Source: Heptranchias perlo
Taxonomy: Eukaryota
Length of the DNA: 64,000 nucleotides
Direction of reading: 5' to 3'
NCBI RefSeq assembly: GCF_035084215.1
Contig: NC_090361.1
Location: 8,246,001-8,310,000 of the forward strand
Shown here: in pieces, positions 11,464-26,400 of the stretch
Position numbering within the stretch: position 1 is the stretch's first letter
How the letters are laid out: every line of letters begins with the position of its first letter
Program-made: the position numbers and the translations under genes
The notes under the pieces: model-generated
What the model was told of the DNA's origin: nothing
What the model saw: only the letters and a program-made list of their open reading frames with translations
Database searches by the model: none

Positions 11464-14400
11464 AAATAACAAACACCAACAAATCAAGGAACAAATGAAC
11501 AAAAGCCTACAAGATGAGATTTAAGATTACAAACTCAAATATTTTCAACATTCAAAAAATCAATTCTTAAAACTACATTACATTTAGTGTTCAGCAAATT
11601 TAATGCATGAGAGAACTATGGTAAACTAATATTAAGGAGAATCACGTCCTTCCTTTATTTTTGAAGCGTTACCAACTGTCATTAACTTTGACAGCAATTT
11701 GTTTATTTGTTCTTTTTAATATAAAAAAATCCCAGTTTAAGCAACCAAGTCTCAATGACACCCTGGAGGAGTTACTGACAAGACAGTGCAAGGGAGCTGA
11801 ATTACCAAGAGAGTCATTATCCAGAGGTGCTTCACTGATCTTGTCATTTCGACAGAGAGATTCTAGATTAATTCAGCTCCACCACTCCGTCAAGCACTGT
11901 AGCTCCTCCAAATCAATTCTCCTAATGATACCATCAGCTGAAGCAAAAGCCAAGAGGAAGGGGCAGAGAACAAAATGGATGTTAAATCTCATTGTGGCTG
12001 TGGTTAGATTTTCAAAAGGATGGCAAGGTTCCTCCAAAATAAACTTTCATACAACCAACTGCAATAATGAACTGACGGGAGAGAGTGTTTGTGTGGAGTT
12101 TTAGTACAGTGGGGTTAATGAACCTGCATTGTAAGTATCAAGAGAGGATTAAACAAAAATAAAAGCAGCAAGCTCGTTTTCAAGACACCGATTATCTGAT
12201 GAGGGGAAATCAATTATGAAGTTTAGTGGAAAAATATAGTAATTTCTATTCTCCCCACCCAATTTTGAAATGAGATTTCTCCCTTCCAAAAGGTCTCTAA
12301 TGCATATCACTCCTTTCTCAAATGTCAGGAAAAGAATATTTACTGAAAAATAACGATCAGTTTTACTGAGGGGAAATTTGTTTCAGGATGTGAGCAACTC
12401 TGGCAGGACCAATTTATTGCTCATCCCAAGTGCCCCAAGGTGCTGGTGGGCAGGTCTCCTATTACTGCATACAAATTACATACTTTTAACCTTAACCCTG
12501 AAGCTAACATATATATATAGATCAATGATGAGCAGTGCAAGGGTCAAGATTGGAATCTATAATGTCATAATGTTGGGTTCTCAAATAACTAAATCACACG
12601 ATTCTTTCATGGTTCAAAAATCCTGGAAGTCATGAAAATCCAATGAGCCCATATAATCTTGAGATTTTTTTTTACATAGATTGTACAGCACAGAAACAGG
12701 CCACTTGGCCCAACTGGTCTCTGCCGGCATTTATGCTCCACACAAGCCTCCTCCTACTCCTACTCCTTTTCATCTAACCCTATCAGCATATCCTTCTATT
12801 CCTTTTTCCCTCACATGCTTATCTAGCTTCTTAATTGGATCTACGCAATTCCCCTCAACTATTCCTTGTGGTAGAGCGTTCCACATTCTTACCATCCTCT
12901 GGGTAAAGAAGTTTATCCTTAATTCCCTATTGGATTTATTGGTGACCATCTTATATTTAGGGCACCTAGTTTTGGTCTCCTCCACAAGTGGAAACACCTT
13001 CTCTACATCTACCCTATCAAATGCTTTCATTATCTTAAAGACTGTTATCAAGTCACATCTCAGCCTTCTCTTTTGTAGAGAAAACAGCCCCAGCCTGTTC
13101 AGCCTTTCCTGATTAATGTATCCTCAGTGTTCTGGTATCATCCTCGTGAATCTTTTTTGCACTTCAAGTGCCTCAATATCCTTTTTATAATATGGAGACC
13201 AGAACTGTGCACAATTACTGAAAAAGTGTGGTCTAACCAAGGTTCAATACAAGTTTAACATAACTTCTCTGCTTTTCAATTCTATCCCTCCGGAAATGAA
13301 CGCCAGTGCTTGGTTTGCTTTATTATGGCCTATATCACTACATTTAGTGGTTTGTGTATCTGTACCTCTAGATCCTTTTGCTCCTCTACCCCATTTAGAC
13401 TCTTATTGTCCAAGCAGTATGTGGCCTCCGTATTCTTCCTATCAAAATGCAACACCTCACACTTATTCATATTGCAATTCATTTGCCAATTACACACTCA
13501 TTCTGCAAGTTTATTGTCTTTCTTGTATTTTGTCGTATTCTTTCTCGGTATTTACAATGTTCCCCAGTTTGGTGTAGTCCACAAATTTTGAAATTACACT
13601 TTCAATTTTCAAGTCCAAATCATTTCTGCTCCACAATATCAACACTAATCAGGGGGGTGTGCAGACCAGAAGGGAGCAGCTAAGAACGCCAAAGTTCTGA
13701 GCCCATCCAAACAGAGGGGGGTCAAATCACACATACAGAGTGCAGCATCTGCCACCCCTACCCTCCAGCCAGCTGTTCTACAGCGAGCTGGATAGATGTA
13801 AAAACAGTTTCCCTTAGTCGCAAAAGCTTAAAATCCCCAAAACAAATGCTTTGGAGCTGAAGTCATGTGAACTGTGGTTTATAGATTAAAGATCTGAATT
13901 TGAGTTAAACCAGAAGGCCCATATAAAAGTTGCATGAAGTAAAGCACTCCACTGTCTGACCGCTCAACATATACTGTCCGATTTTAAGAAATTTCATGCT
14001 GCCTTCCACTCATGCTCTATATTTTATGCATGGCTGCAAGGCCTTGCAAAAAAACAGCCCCCGCACTGCAGGGTTTTCACCTTGCAGGTCTGAAGGTAAC
14101 ATGAAAAACTCTACAAACTTTCCAAACAGTGGTGAGATAAACCACTGGGGTAGGGGAAAGAAAAAAAGCTAGAGGATCCACCCGTGAACACAAGTCACAA
14201 TATAAATAATTCATACTAATGAATTACTCAAGTGCATTGACTATTGTGCAGACAAAGGCAGCAGCCTTTCTGCATCAATAATGTCTCACAAAAACAACGA
14301 CAAGAACAACCAATTAATCTGTTATTTTTTAGTGGGTGTTGGTAAGGAAGGAACATTGCTCAGAATACCAGGAAAATTCACTATTCCTCTTCAAATACTG

Positions 14401-17400
14401 CATTCGGAATTTTTAACATGCACCAAACAAGCATACAGATACTTAGCTTAATGTCTCATCTGACGATGCAGCACCTCCTCAGTACTGGACTGGACTGGTC
14501 AGCCTAGATTACGAGCTCAAGCCCTGGTGTGGGGCTTGAATCCATGACCTTCTGACACCAATGTGAGAGCATTACCAACTGAACCAAGCTGAAATCAAAT
14601 TCTAAGTACTATTCCCCTATTTTAGCTGTACGTGCAATAAGGGGCAATGTCTTTCTCTGAAATATTAGTATCATTAACATTATTACTTTATTTACAGGTA
14701 TTAGTGAAACCCAATTAATTTAACATTCATTTCTTATCTGCTTTTCAAGTTACACAAATCTTCAAATTCCTGCGCCACAGAGTCATCGCAATCACTTCAG
14801 GTGCATACCGCACACAAACAGATTGTTAACAAAAACAACCTTTGAGATTCTACAAGTGAAGAATACCAAAGTACAGTAACTACTTCTATAAAGGCTACGG
14901 CTGGGGCTTTATACTTCTGCGCTCACCAGCGTGATTTTGTGCCCATTAAATAGTAAACAGGTGGAACAATCACATGCTGGGCAGCAGAGAATGGAGAACC
15001 TCTGAGTTTGTCTGTAATTATCTGCTGCTACACTTAAGAATTTCCTCTTTGAAGTTTTAGTTTCTAGTAGATTAGATAATGAAGGCGAATCAGGATCCAT
15101 TCGCTAACAAGCAATGTTACAAATCATCATTGAGCATTTTGTGCTCTTAGTTGTGCTGATCTAAACAAGCACTATACAGACATTTAAATACATTCAGCTG
15201 TTCTGGCAGCACTCAAAAATCTGTTCCCAAACACCTGCTTCAAAAGCAGTGAGGACATGAATTCAACACATATAGTTTTAAGTTTTTTTTAAACCTGACA
15301 AAATGAGGATGCTTTTCCTAATACTAACTTGGCATTAACATATTTGTTAAATTGCACTAGCTGCTATTTTTAAAAAAAACTGTGTTTTATCCTGTTTTCA
15401 GGAGATTGGCTTCAGTTCACCACTGTTCCCTTTTACACCACGCACTCGTAGCTGGTGTGGCTGGGCCCCGCTGAACAATGTGGAGACCCAGAGTGAAAAA
15501 AACAACAGGATCAGCTACCTACGTTTACTTTATTGAAAGCAGCAGTCTTAACCTAAAAGCACATTTCTGCAGGTCTATGAAGCTGTTGATTCCCTGAACA
15601 TCAGGGTGTTTGTTATACCATGGAGTGCAGCCAATGAATGGAGAACTGCACATCTGCTGTCAGCTGCACTCCTATCATGTTGAAGCACCTACGGGGTGCA
15701 GAAGCTTAGGATGTGCGATCACTATGAGGGGCTTTAGAAAATTACAGAGACCCAGCAATGGTCACACAGATGCTGCAGTGAAGAATTTATCATTGATACG
15801 CTGGGACGTTTTACTGTATTAAAAGCGCTATAAAAATGCAAGTTGATGTTGATGATTGCTTCAGGTTTAAAAAAAACGAAGTCCCACATTCCGTATACTT
15901 CTGTTTCCGTTTGCCACCTTTACCAGTACAACGCAATGACAAGCCATATGCTTCCTGTCTTGAGGAAGTTATTTCCTCAGCATAATGATCTGTTCATCTC
16001 AGACCCTCACATCAGCTATATTGTGAACACACAAATACCAAAAAGGGGGGGTTGGGGAGTCAAAGATTCTACTCACTCGTTTGTTGTCATTTCATAGCAC
16101 TGGTTGAACAGGTACGCAAATTCTCCATCGGGTCCAAAGTCAACCGTAAGTTCCTTCTCGAGGCTCCTATAAAACAGCAGCAGTGGAACTGTAAATCAAG
16201 AGGTGTATTTTCTTGGATGGGGCTTTTTAAAATCGCCTGCTTTGCCAAAGGAATTATCATAGTATGTTAAAACAATCAGAATCATAGTATCCAAATTCCC
16301 CTTCTCACTGCCATAAAGGCAACAAATCAAATAAAAAGGTCAGGAAAATTAATCAGATGTCTAAATTTAATTTAACAAAGTCACACTTTCAAATAAAAAT
16401 GACAACCTGATCATAATACTGTAGAATATCACTGATCCAGTTACATAGTACTGTTATTAGATAAGTCACAGCAGTTAACAAAACATTCTCTACCTAGATG
16501 ACTTCTATACTTTAGCCAATGTCCCTTTAAGAATTTTTTTTTGTGCACGTGTCAGAGCAAGTATGTGACTGTTTACAACACAATTCTTGCTTCCTGTGGT
16601 CCACAGACATGGACATCTATGCTTTATCTGAAGCAGGCCAATCTGCTAGAATCATTTTCTTAGTTTTCTAAATATTTGAATGAAAATTCAATTTGCACAT
16701 CATGCAAACCTTGTATCACGTACATTTATTGCACATAAAATCGTATCTCACCCATACTATATTTTACTTGTGCTCCAAAGCAAACCACATGCGGTAACCC
16801 AAGAATCTGAATTGGCGATTTTAATTTTCCATCTGTGCTGAGTTACTGGTCCAGTTGGGCCAGCAGTAGAAGCATTACAACTGGCCTCAGTTGGAAGGGT
16901 GCAAGTAAAAGATGAACAAAAAATGGACAGGGGTCATAGAATCATAATGGCACAGAAGGAGGCCATTCGGCCCATCATGTCCATGCCGGCTGAAAATGAG
17001 CCACCCAGCCCAATTCCACTTTCCAGCACTTCGTCCGTAGCCTTGTAGGCTGCGGCACTTCAAGTGCATATCCAAGTACTTTTTAAATGTGATGAGGGTT
17101 TCTGCCTCTACCACCCTTTCAGGCAGTGAGTTCCAGACCCCCACCACCCTCTAGTGCACGGTTACTATGCAGCAACCCCTGCTGGAAGTATACGTGTGAA
17201 TATCAAACGAGGCCAAGATCATTCCCGGCTGTGATGCCCCATACGATAAAATAGCCCTTCAACACTTGCAGCCTGGTCTCAAATGACCAAGGTACCAGAG
17301 AGCTGATGGCACTTGTGCAGCTGTACCTCAAAAGCAATCACTGCCTTCAGGAGAGGAAGGGAGAAACGTTTTCTTAAAAAAAAATATTTGACTTGGAAAT

Positions 17401-20400
17401 GAAGAATGAATAAAAAGAAAATGCTGAACTTATGACAAAAAACAAAATTAATTATCCATATGAAAGCATTATGCTGTTATATACACTTCATCACAATTGG
17501 ATTTTTCCAGTACAATATTAGGTTTGGAAGTTGCAGCTATCTATCTGAAGTCTTGCCTGTTGGATTTAGAATGTAGACTAACTGCATCCATCAACAATTT
17601 GATGGAGTTCAAGACACAGAGATTGAGGAGCTTTGTGTGGAACATTTGTGGGTCACTTAATGTCACAACAGCACATACGAACACTTTCTTGGCCATCGTG
17701 CAATCGCCAGTCCAGTCCTGGAAATTACTTTGTGACAATTCTCTATGTTTCCTTGCATGTTAGGCTGTGTAAACAGAATGCCCGAAGAAAAACAATGGAA
17801 ACCTGGATCTGGACTTTGGCTTGACATTTTTGCACACCTGATGCAGGGTCCTATTACCTATAAAAGACTGGATAAGAGTTTTTAAAAAATACACAGGTAG
17901 GGTTACCTTGGAGAATGATGTACAATTTCAAGCTGGCATGGAGTCACATCATCACAATAATTATTTCTAAATGCTGTCAGCACAGGACTATCACAAGTGC
18001 TGCAATTTACATGCTGTACCAACTGCTGCCAGCACACAAGTACACTAACCGGCTTCCTAGTGTCACTCAGATATAACCCTCTGTCCCAAAGCAAAATACT
18101 TGCTTCCATCCAAAAATAGTTTCCAAAACAAAAAAAACAAATTTAATTCCCAAAATAGAATAGGCAGGTTTCAACAGTCATCCCCTCAGTGCAAGAATCT
18201 CTTCCTAAGCAACCACTTCCCTCCAGCGCCAACAGTGGATCGAAACGCTACAGAAACTACCACTGTCCTCAGTATTAATCACTTTCTTTACCAACACAGC
18301 ACAATGTCACATCATCATCAACTAACATCTCCAATATGACAACAGAGCTGCAGAATACCAACCGCTTCACCATTCCAAATATGAAAGTACATAGGTCAGT
18401 ACATAAAAGCAATTTCTCAAGGGCAATTAGGGATGGGCAATAAATGCCAGCCTCGTCAGCGACGCCCACATCCCATGAACGAATAAAAAAAAATTTTAAA
18501 ACGAGATCCTGCCGAGAACAGAATATATGAAACCTAATCAAAGGGTGCAGACCCAGAGTACAGAACACGACCAAAGCGTAGGATAAAAGTAGCACTGTTT
18601 GGGTGTTACCAAACACGGCTCTGAAGTCAGCAGATTATAGTGGAAGGCAAGGAAGGAGGGAAGAAGCTCCACAGTTTGGAGGTCACGTAAACGAATGAGT
18701 TAGGGTGGATGGTGCGATGAGTCTAGATTTCAACACCGTTCAGATGCAACAGTTAATAAGCTTAGCTCAGTACTATACTTGGTGCTAACCAGTGGATCAC
18801 CCATGGATTTGCCACAGGTCAGGGCTACGCGAGTTTCCCACCGAGTGCATTAGTGATGCTGCAGGTATAAGTATGGGGCTCTAAAGCTTATGAAGCTCCA
18901 TCTGGTAGTTGAAGTGTGCAGCTGGCTGTATGCCACAAAATGATGCCCAAATAAGGAGTGCACAGCACGCATAGTATATTTAATATATTATAGAAAAATA
19001 ATGATTCTCTAGAATGTAGAGCAGGGCTTTGCTGGTAAAGCAGAAATGGTCTGATGTTGTGATGACAAGACCAGCGTATTAGTCAAGGCAGACCAGTACC
19101 TGAACGTGCCCATCGGCCCACAGTACCGAATTTCCTTCAGCTCTGAACCAGTCAGCCTCAAAACACTGAAGTACAGCCAGCTTCAACATAATGCTGATGA
19201 TTTATAAAATTTCTATCTTTAACCGAAGTATAGTAAGAATTCAAGGAAACTATGCAAAACAAAAAATTGAAGTATGTCCAGTGCTCCAAGGGTTAAATTA
19301 TGAGGAGAAATTACATAAACTGGGCTTGTATTGCCTGGAATAGAGAAGGTTACGGGTGATTTGATTGAGGTTTTTAGGATTTTGAAAGGAACTGATTGGG
19401 TTAGATAGAAACTTTTTCCACTGGTGGGGAAGCCTAGGACAAGGGGGCATAACCATAAAATCAGAGCCAGGCCAACTAGGAGAGAAGTCAGGAAACGCTT
19501 CTTCACTAAAGTGGTAGAAGTGTGGAACTCTCGCCCACAAAAAGCAGTAGATGCCAACTCAATTAATAATTTTATTATTGTTCCTATTGTTCCTCCTGTT
19601 CCTATATTTCACTGAATTCCTTTTTGAAGCAAAAATTGTAATTTCCAATTTGGCCCACATATGGGAATTTCTCCTTTTGGAAAAAAATGTATTCAGTTCA
19701 ATTGACAGCAAAATCCCTGATTTAAAGTAGGCTGAGTGTTTCAAGATGAGATGTGCCAATGTGCATTCATTTGCAGCACCTCCCTGCACCTAATAATGGA
19801 GAGCCCAAGTTCTCTCCCATTGCTTGCATCCATAATGGAAGCAATCGCGAATACAAACAGTGAAACAAGATAAAGCCACTGGAAGCAAATCAGTTCTACT
19901 CATGCAAACACACGTTATAAAGACATTGCATATTTGGCTGGCTCTTTTGTGGGCCAGATTTTAATGTGGTTTTGGAAGGTTATTTTGTGCCCTGGGGATA
20001 GACTTGGCGATTCCTATATTAACATTTCAGTGGAGCGCAAGCATTCGCTTGATTCACACCAATTTTTGTTTTAAAAGTGAATGTCAAGTATTTCTGGCAT
20101 CCAAGTCTTTGGTGACGGATCATGTTGGAGAATTACCTCGCATGTTAATATGTCAAGCGCCCTCAGTCAGTTATGCTACAAATAGATGCTTTGTAAAGCT
20201 CCTCTATGCTCTGCTTTAACTTTTACCGTCAAAAAGCACCTTTTCCTTTCCTATGTCTTCTCCACCCCCTCCAACTGCCAATTAGGCTTTAAGACAACAG
20301 GAGTTTCGCAGTATATCATTTTCAAAGCTCATCTTCTATTACTGAGCTTTAATAGGAAGACTTGCAAATAGCAAAGCACTAAGTTTTTGAACGATTTCAA

Positions 20401-23400
20401 GCTCTGGGCCCACAGATGCTATTATGGTTTCTTGGAGAGAGATTTGCTCAGCTTAATTAAAAGGATACTTCAGGATTTTTTGAAATGCCAGGCACCTTGC
20501 CTTGAATATCAAACAGCTAATTTTTATATTTGAGGTACATTACCCGATCGAATTCTCCACCTCCTTCAGCGATTTCTCAGCTTCAGAGAATTCATTTCTA
20601 GCTTTATCAGCAACTGAAAAGAAAATGACATGCAGGTTAACAGGCAATAGGTTTAATACAGCATTAAACAGGATTCCAACAAGCAGGAGACAACTTTGTT
20701 GTGACACAGCAGGTGTAAACTTGTTCAGTACACACTGGTCATCACCACTTTATTTCTCTACAAAAGTAAAGGTGATGATAGCATTAATAGAACCTTACAT
20801 GTCAAAACATCTCAAAGTGCTTTATACAATAATGCAAGCAGAAGTACTATTACATAAACTGCTGTGATGTGATGGCACAGAATGTTCTGCAATAGGTTAT
20901 ATGTCTACATACTCCAGGAGCCACAAAGAAAAAGGCAGTGAGTTATCAATTGAGCATCTCTTCAAAACTGGGTACACTGGTACTGGCAGAGGTGTCACAT
21001 GTCTGCCAACAGCCTGGAATTCTAGAAATGGGAAAAGCTTTTTTTAAAAAAAAACTCACTTCAGAAAGTTGAAATTATTAACCAGTCATGCAGTAGCCAG
21101 ATTGGAGGTAAAGCTTTTTCAAGACAGCTCCAAGAGACATGCTGCCCAGCTGTGTGCATGGAGGCAATGAACCCTTTAACATAGCTGTGATTATCTAGCA
21201 TTAATGTGCATGATCACATATATCCCAGCACCTCTCCACTGATCGTCATCCTCCTCTCCACAAGGTATTCGACTCAATTTCCATCAGTCATAAGTCAATT
21301 TATATTGCTGCTCATAGCAGGGAGCTGCAATTGCATTACTCGGATGAGACGTTAAACGGAGGCCCTGTCTGCCTGCTCAGGTAGATGTAAAAGATTCTAT
21401 GGCACTCCTTGAAGAGGAGCAGGGGAGGTCTCCTGATGTTCTGGCCAAAATTTATTCATCAACCAACACCACTAAATACAGATTATCTAGTTATTTGTCT
21501 CATTGCAGTTTGTGAGCCCTTGCGGTGTGCAAACTGGCTGGCGTATTAACCGGCAAGTGACTATACTTCGAAAGTAATTCATAGGCTATAATGTACTATG
21601 GGACATCCTGAGAACAATGAATTTATATTTATATAGCACATTTATTGTTTATTAATAAGCATGTTCCTGTGCTCCAAACTGAGATCATATACAACTAGGA
21701 ATTGCTTCCACTCTCTTCCTCTCTCCTTACAAAGTACTTCTTACTCATTCATCTTGACTGTCAAGCAGGCCAGAAGGAATTACACATGGAACTTCATGCA
21801 CAAGCAGAGTGATTTTTCTTATCATCTAGCTTGTAAAACTAAGTATAAATATTGGTTTCACAAGCCGGGGGTGAATCCAAGCAGATTAATTGATGGAATC
21901 AGACAACGAGATATATCAAAGAGTAGTCTTGGGGCTGTTTATGCGCCAACTTTCAGAGTTCTATAAGTAACAAGAGATGAATCAACCAGAACAAGTGTTT
22001 CAATGATACAAAATTTGTCAGGACTTACATGAGAAATTTCATCCCAAAAGTTAAACCCATTCTAGGCGGTGGCTCAAATTGATCACTGTGCAATTTTAAG
22101 TTACTCGTTGCAATGCCAGATGAAATAAATACGGTTGCAAGGATTACAAGGGCGCTCCCTTGATGATCTATTGGATAGCGATGACCCCTGGTGTAGCAGC
22201 AAGGCATTGAGAGCAGAAAGTCCCAAGTTCAATTCCTGATCTATGTTGATAGCCAATTTCAACCAGGGCTAAGGTTGGGTTGCCTCAGCACCCATGAACT
22301 TAAAAAAAAAGCCAAAGAATCAGCCAAGATCCTTCTCCAGATTGCTATCTGCTGACCCATGCTGGAAAGTGCATCTGTATGGATGCAGATTAACACCCAG
22401 CTCAGATATGATGCCCTCCACCGTCAAATAGTCCACCGGCATTCAATGGGCTCACACGTTAAGAATGGCCGCTTATGCACGATGCAGCAAGGCTGCAAAG
22501 GCCCATGGAAAGTATTTCAGCGAGAGTTAGTGCATTCGAGAAGGGGAAGAAATGTAACGGGCAAAAAAATGTTTTAAAAATTAAACGATTAGTCACTAAG
22601 AACTTGCAATAACATAGCACCTTTTATCTCAGGACATTCCAAAGCACTTCACAGCTAATAAATTACTTTTGAAATGTAGTCACTTATGTAGGCAATTGCA
22701 CAGCTATGATGAATGACCAGTTAATTTATTTTTGGTGATGTTGGTTGATGAACAAATGTTGTCCAGGACACTTGGAGAACGTCCATGCTCCTCCTCGAAT
22801 ACGGCCATTGGGTCTTCGATATCCACTCAAGGTTGGCAAACATAACCTCTAAAAGATGGCACCTCTGACAATGCAGCATTCCCTCAGTACTGCTCTGGAG
22901 CGCCAGCCTACATGATATGCTCAAGTCCAGGAATCGGACTTGAAGCAATGACCTTCTGACTCAAAAGGTGAGTGTGCTACCAATGAGCCTACAGGTACTA
23001 CAGGTGAAAGTTATGGTACAACGCACTGTTTCATCAGCATGTACTACAAGTCAACAGTAAGTTTCTGAATTAGCAAAACAGCTGAAGTCTATGCAGGAGG
23101 ATGCTTGGTGGAGATAATGAGAAGAGTAAAAAATAATTACACAACAGATTATTGAAGATAATGAGGGAACTGGAAACGTTCGATAAAGAAAACATAGTAT
23201 TTGAGGGGTTAAGAAAAAACCTCTCTTAAATGGGTCTCGAGTGTGTAGCTACACGCTCACAGCAGGGCCAGGCTCCAGCATGATATGGCGCCACAAAGGC
23301 TGCAGCCTTGAGCCGAGAGCCAGCAACTTAGGTTGGAAAATGCTGCATTATCCTCCCAGCAGGAACTAGCACCTGCCGTCCTCTGAGACAATGACATCAG

Positions 23401-26400
23401 CTTTATGCCCACTGACACAGCCACTTACACAAACACCGTCTCCTCTTCTGGGACCACAGCTACTCCATATTTCATGACAATCGATTTTTTTTAAAAACAT
23501 TCTCATGATGCAAAAAGAAATTTTAAACAAACAGCAAATCCATTTCTGCATATAAAAATCGTGCAAGTGTGAGGAATGATTACAAAACTTAAACAGAATG
23601 CTGTGCTGACTAGGACGGGAGCAAATTCAATAATTGAAAGGTTATCTGGAGCATATTATGTCTCAGAGCAGTAGGTGTGAGGCGGCCTGCCAGTCAAGTG
23701 ATTGATGGGTTTCACCCCGGGTCATCAACTGGGTCAGATTTCAGGAAAAAAACAGGTCACAAAATACAACACTAATTTCACTCACCGACAGGGAAGTGAC
23801 TAAACATACTGAGGTCTCCTGTGATTAACAATTAGGGTTGAAAGGTTTTTTTTCCCTCAAGTTGTTCAATTATAATCCTCAATATGGGTCTCCCTTTTCC
23901 ATCAAATTGCACGCACGCAGAGAAGGGGAGGGGGGAGGGGGGATGGAGACATACGCTCCCCACTGACGGATGTCAAGGGTCTTAAGGGATTTAATCTAGT
24001 CAATAGGACCCCACCAGACAGTCCCCCTCATCTAATTTGACAATGGTGCTAAGAAGAGCTGAAGGCCAGATGCGACTCAGAAGTGCATGGTTATGAAAAA
24101 AATATATATTCATAAATATATTTTAAAAACATGGGTACATCAGAAAAGTAAGGGACAGAGACAGTCCCTCAAAACTTAGCCCTCCTTGATTCTAATTCCT
24201 CCATCACAGCATCCAACTGCACTTTGAACACCACCAGCGTTTCTGTCTCTACAACCCTACAAGGTAGATTATTTCAAACATTTATCATTCTTCCCTGCTG
24301 TTTTAATTTACTTTGCACTCATTTTCATTTATGTACTCTGTCCTACCTTCCTGGCTTACTTGGAATTTTAATCTGGGTTTAATTTATCTACACTGTTGAA
24401 TATTTTATATACGTTGATGAATGCCTCCTAACCACCTTCTTTCTAGCCGATAAAGCAGAGGCCTTAATCTTTCCTCACAGCTCATCCTCTTCACGCTAAG
24501 GAGCAGCTTGTTGCCCTTCTCAGTACAAGCCTTCTTCGTACTTATAATACTTGTTAAGTTGCTACTTATTTGGAATGAGTATAAAATAGCCCATTCATTA
24601 CCACCAGCACTTTGTCAATATATAATGAAGTAAATGCTTTACGTTTCTAAAACAGGTATTATTCACATCCTCCATTTTGAAAATAATTTTTCTTCACAAT
24701 GGCAGCTGTAAATGAAGCCCACAACTTAGAGTCTTACTTCTTCTCATCTACAATAATTTTCCATTACTAGGAGGTTTGATAGAAACCAAACAGATATTTA
24801 CAGGGAAAATAAGCCCAAAGCAGAAAGAAACATTCTAATTCCTTCTGTCAATTCTATGTACTTGGATCAAAAAAAAATTCAGATAAGCCTTTTCTGCTTA
24901 TTTTGTAGTTTCAGGCCTTGAACTTCAAAAAGAAAAAATTTTCGTCGGTTTGTCAAATGAATTGGTATCCAGCGGACTGCTCCACAAATCTAGGTCACTT
25001 CCATAGATGGAAGCCTGAAACCACCCTGGTACAAGGATAAGTGCTGGCAGAAAGCTGCTGGCTCAGCCCTGACCTGTCCTTTGATGTGTTTAAAAGCGAA
25101 AGATGAAGAGGATAAAGCAAGGAAGCAGAAAAAAAAGGAACACTGCCAGCGGTTTTCTGCTGCAGCAGCAGCTTTGCTGAAATAGAACAGTGAAGCCTGC
25201 AGTGCCCTCCCCTTGTCCTGACCTCTCAGAAGAAGAATTATTTGCTCAGCAAAGAAATAAAATTATAGAATAGCTGAAACTGCTCAGTTTCTATTATTTT
25301 CTCTTCCCACAATGTCAGATCTGGAAACTGGATTTTGACATGTGACGTGCAATGATATCTTGGGGTTTTTCAAAACAATTTTTTGTGCCATTTAGGCAAA
25401 GAAACATTCCATAGACCACAAATTCACATGGCCAATAAAATGAAGCATAAACCTAGTATTGATAGCTCTACACAATAAATGGTGTACTTATTTAACTAGT
25501 TTGAGGAGATACCTTTTGAGAGAAAAAAAATATGGACCACTGTTAAATTATTCCTTGCTACACAAAAAGCTGAGATTTGAATATGGGTGCAGACACACAC
25601 ATTGAAGGGAGGATTACCTCTGGCTGTCAGGCTTTAGCAGCACTGTAAGCATTGCAAGAAGATTCCATAAACTTGCCATTTCTAGGGACATTTTAAAAAT
25701 GCCGAGGACAGACGTACAATTTTACTGGAAATAAATACAGCTTCCTCCGTTGCTTTATTTACTGGTAATCAAATGTTTATCAATTCTAGTTGCTACAACT
25801 CAATTAAACAGTGCGAATGTTCATTATTTGGATTGAACTGCCATCATAAGAATGACCTGCCCACTCTGATTATTACCACACGGAATCAAAAAAGGACAAC
25901 TAGATGCCAATTACAAGACAGTAATCTCAAAAGTCAGATGACTAAATCACGAGCAACGGCCTGTGAACCTCTCAATGAGACTGCTGCGCATTTAGACTCC
26001 TCCCCCCTGCTTCTCCCTTTTGTTTTTACTATTTCTTGCATTTTAAGCTAAAACTGCAGTCCGAGACAGCATGTTTACCATGGAAAAAGCAGCAAAAGGT
26101 TGTTGCTATTAATAATCAGCAAGTGGATGCCAGGGCCCAAAGTCCGTAGTATTCACCAGTAAGCATTATGTTCGTTTCAAACAAGTGATGACATATGGAC
26201 TTAAAATCTAGCTTTACTTAGAACATCTGTTATGCACTACAGCATAAGGCCATAAAAGCAACTTGCAACTGGATATGAAATCTGCAGTGAGTAAGAATAT
26301 TCATATACAGTGACTAAGTATCAAAAAGTGAAGAACGCTGGGTAAATGGCAACAATTTTCTTACATCTGGTTCATGTACAGCTCAATGTCAATTACTGTC

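Noticed and set aside
15400-15535. Exon-like plus-strand stretch after a good acceptor ([11 protein letters not shown]...)
   Set aside because: No recognisable protein similarity, no clear donor, and no partner exons.
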